Assembly (NCBI GenBank): GCA_964551885.1
Contig: CAZKEW010000002.1
Span: 1 to 42,929 of the forward strand
Reading direction: 5' to 3'
DNA from: an uncultured Eubacteriales bacterium
GTDB taxonomy: Bacteria; Acidobacteriota; Aminicenantia; Aminicenantales; UBA8522
Length of the DNA stretch: 42,929 bases
Shown here: piece by piece, positions 42,645 to 42,929 of the stretch
Numbering within the stretch: position 1 is the stretch's first letter
How the letters are laid out: each line of letters begins with the position of its first letter
Position numbers and translations under genes: made by a program
The notes under the pieces: generated by a model
Databases searched by the model: none
The model's input: the letters and a program-made list of their open reading frames with translations, nothing else
Told to the model about the DNA's origin: nothing

Positions 42645-42679
42645 TCCTCGGTAGCTCAATCGGCAGAGCGGGTGGCTGT
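42645..42679 (+). tRNA. tRNA-Asn(GUU) 5' exon (positions 1-35); 3' exon lies beyond the window
   Basis: TCCTCGG-TA-GCTC-AATCGGCA-GAGC-G-GGTGG-CT-GT gives an acceptor 5' strand, U8, a D-arm with G18G19, an anticodon-stem 5' strand, C32 U33 and G34 U35. The U1 and UCCUC start and the overall sequence parallel E. coli tRNA-Asn (UCCUCUGUAGUUCAGUCGGUAGAACGGCGGACUGUUAA...). The third anticodon base is not visible. Confidence 0.8.
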
Positions 42680-42929
42680 ATAAATGCAGCTTCCACGAGA
42701 AATCGTGGCTGAAAAATCGGGTGAATTCAGGGAAGCCTGCCTTCTGCATCAGGCGGAAAATGGTAACCCTGAGCCAAGCCCTGGCCGGATCAAAATGGTC
42801 AGGGAAGGTGCAGAGACTAGAGCTTATGCTCGTACCCTGAAGAAATTTCAGGGGAAGCGCCCGACACCCCACCTCCAGGTTTCTGGAGCGGGTGAAGAGA
42901 TAGTCCAAGCCCAGAAGAAATTTTGGGGC
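42680..42929 (+). ncRNA. Group I self-splicing intron (IC3-like), truncated by the window end
   Basis: P1 forms as exon GGCUGU / guide GCAGCU (42686..42691), with a U.G pair at the splice site. P2 is CCACGA-GAAA-TCGTGG (42693..42708). The core strings are TCAGGGAAGCC (42727..), CCCTGAGCCAAGCC (42767..42780), GAAGGTGCAGAGACTA (42804..42819) and GGTGAAGAGATAGTCCAAG (42891..42909). These closely match the Anabaena tRNA-Leu intron strings CUCAGGGAAACC, CCUGAGCCAAGCC, GGAAGGUGCAGAGACU and GGGUAAAGAGAGAGUCCAAU. Confidence 0.85.

Noticed and set aside
42621-42908. A 95-aa minus-strand ORF at the right edge.
   Set aside because: It lies entirely antisense to the tRNA 5' exon and group I intron. The RNA-gene interpretation explains the sequence far better.

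Overview
This is a 42.9-kb chromosomal window from a diderm bacterium, as shown by BamD, TonB-type and small beta-barrel outer-membrane proteins, and strong GGAGG-type ribosome-binding sites. The lineage cannot be fixed from the sequence alone. CarboxypepD_reg/TonB-like barrels and an HspR-controlled dnaK operon are reminiscent of Acidobacteriota-like uncultivated groups, but that is inference only. Most of the window is dense housekeeping. Left to right it holds: a K+-independent H+-pyrophosphatase and enolase; a nine-gene minus-strand operon (PASTA protein, rpe, epimerase, bamD, OM barrel, S8 protease, recN, C_GCAxxG, miaB); threonine aldolase; a three-gene minus-strand operon (TonB-like barrel, small barrel, membrane HdrD/DsrMK-like Fe-S oxidoreductase); lpdA; a sulfatase-like enzyme; nuoABCDEFGHI ending in a translationally coupled MBL-fold hydrolase with no nuoJKLMN; malic enzyme; a helical lipoprotein plus three L,D-transpeptidase-family genes; and a dnaK-dnaJ-hspR-sigma-dnaC/dnaI-like operon. 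The non-routine content is RNA and repeat biology. (1) At the right edge, a tRNA-Asn(GUU) gene is interrupted inside the anticodon by a group I intron very similar to the cyanobacterial tRNA-Leu IC3 introns. (2) A ~175-205 bp palindromic MITE-like element is present as two full copies in opposite orientation plus one solo end. Each full copy is flanked by a different short inverted repeat. (3) A 13-bp-stem REP-like hairpin occurs three times, once inside the 3' coding tail of a gene. (4) A nest of GC-rich hairpins fills a 490-bp intergenic region. No CRISPR array, transposase, integrase, rRNA or recognisable defence system was seen.
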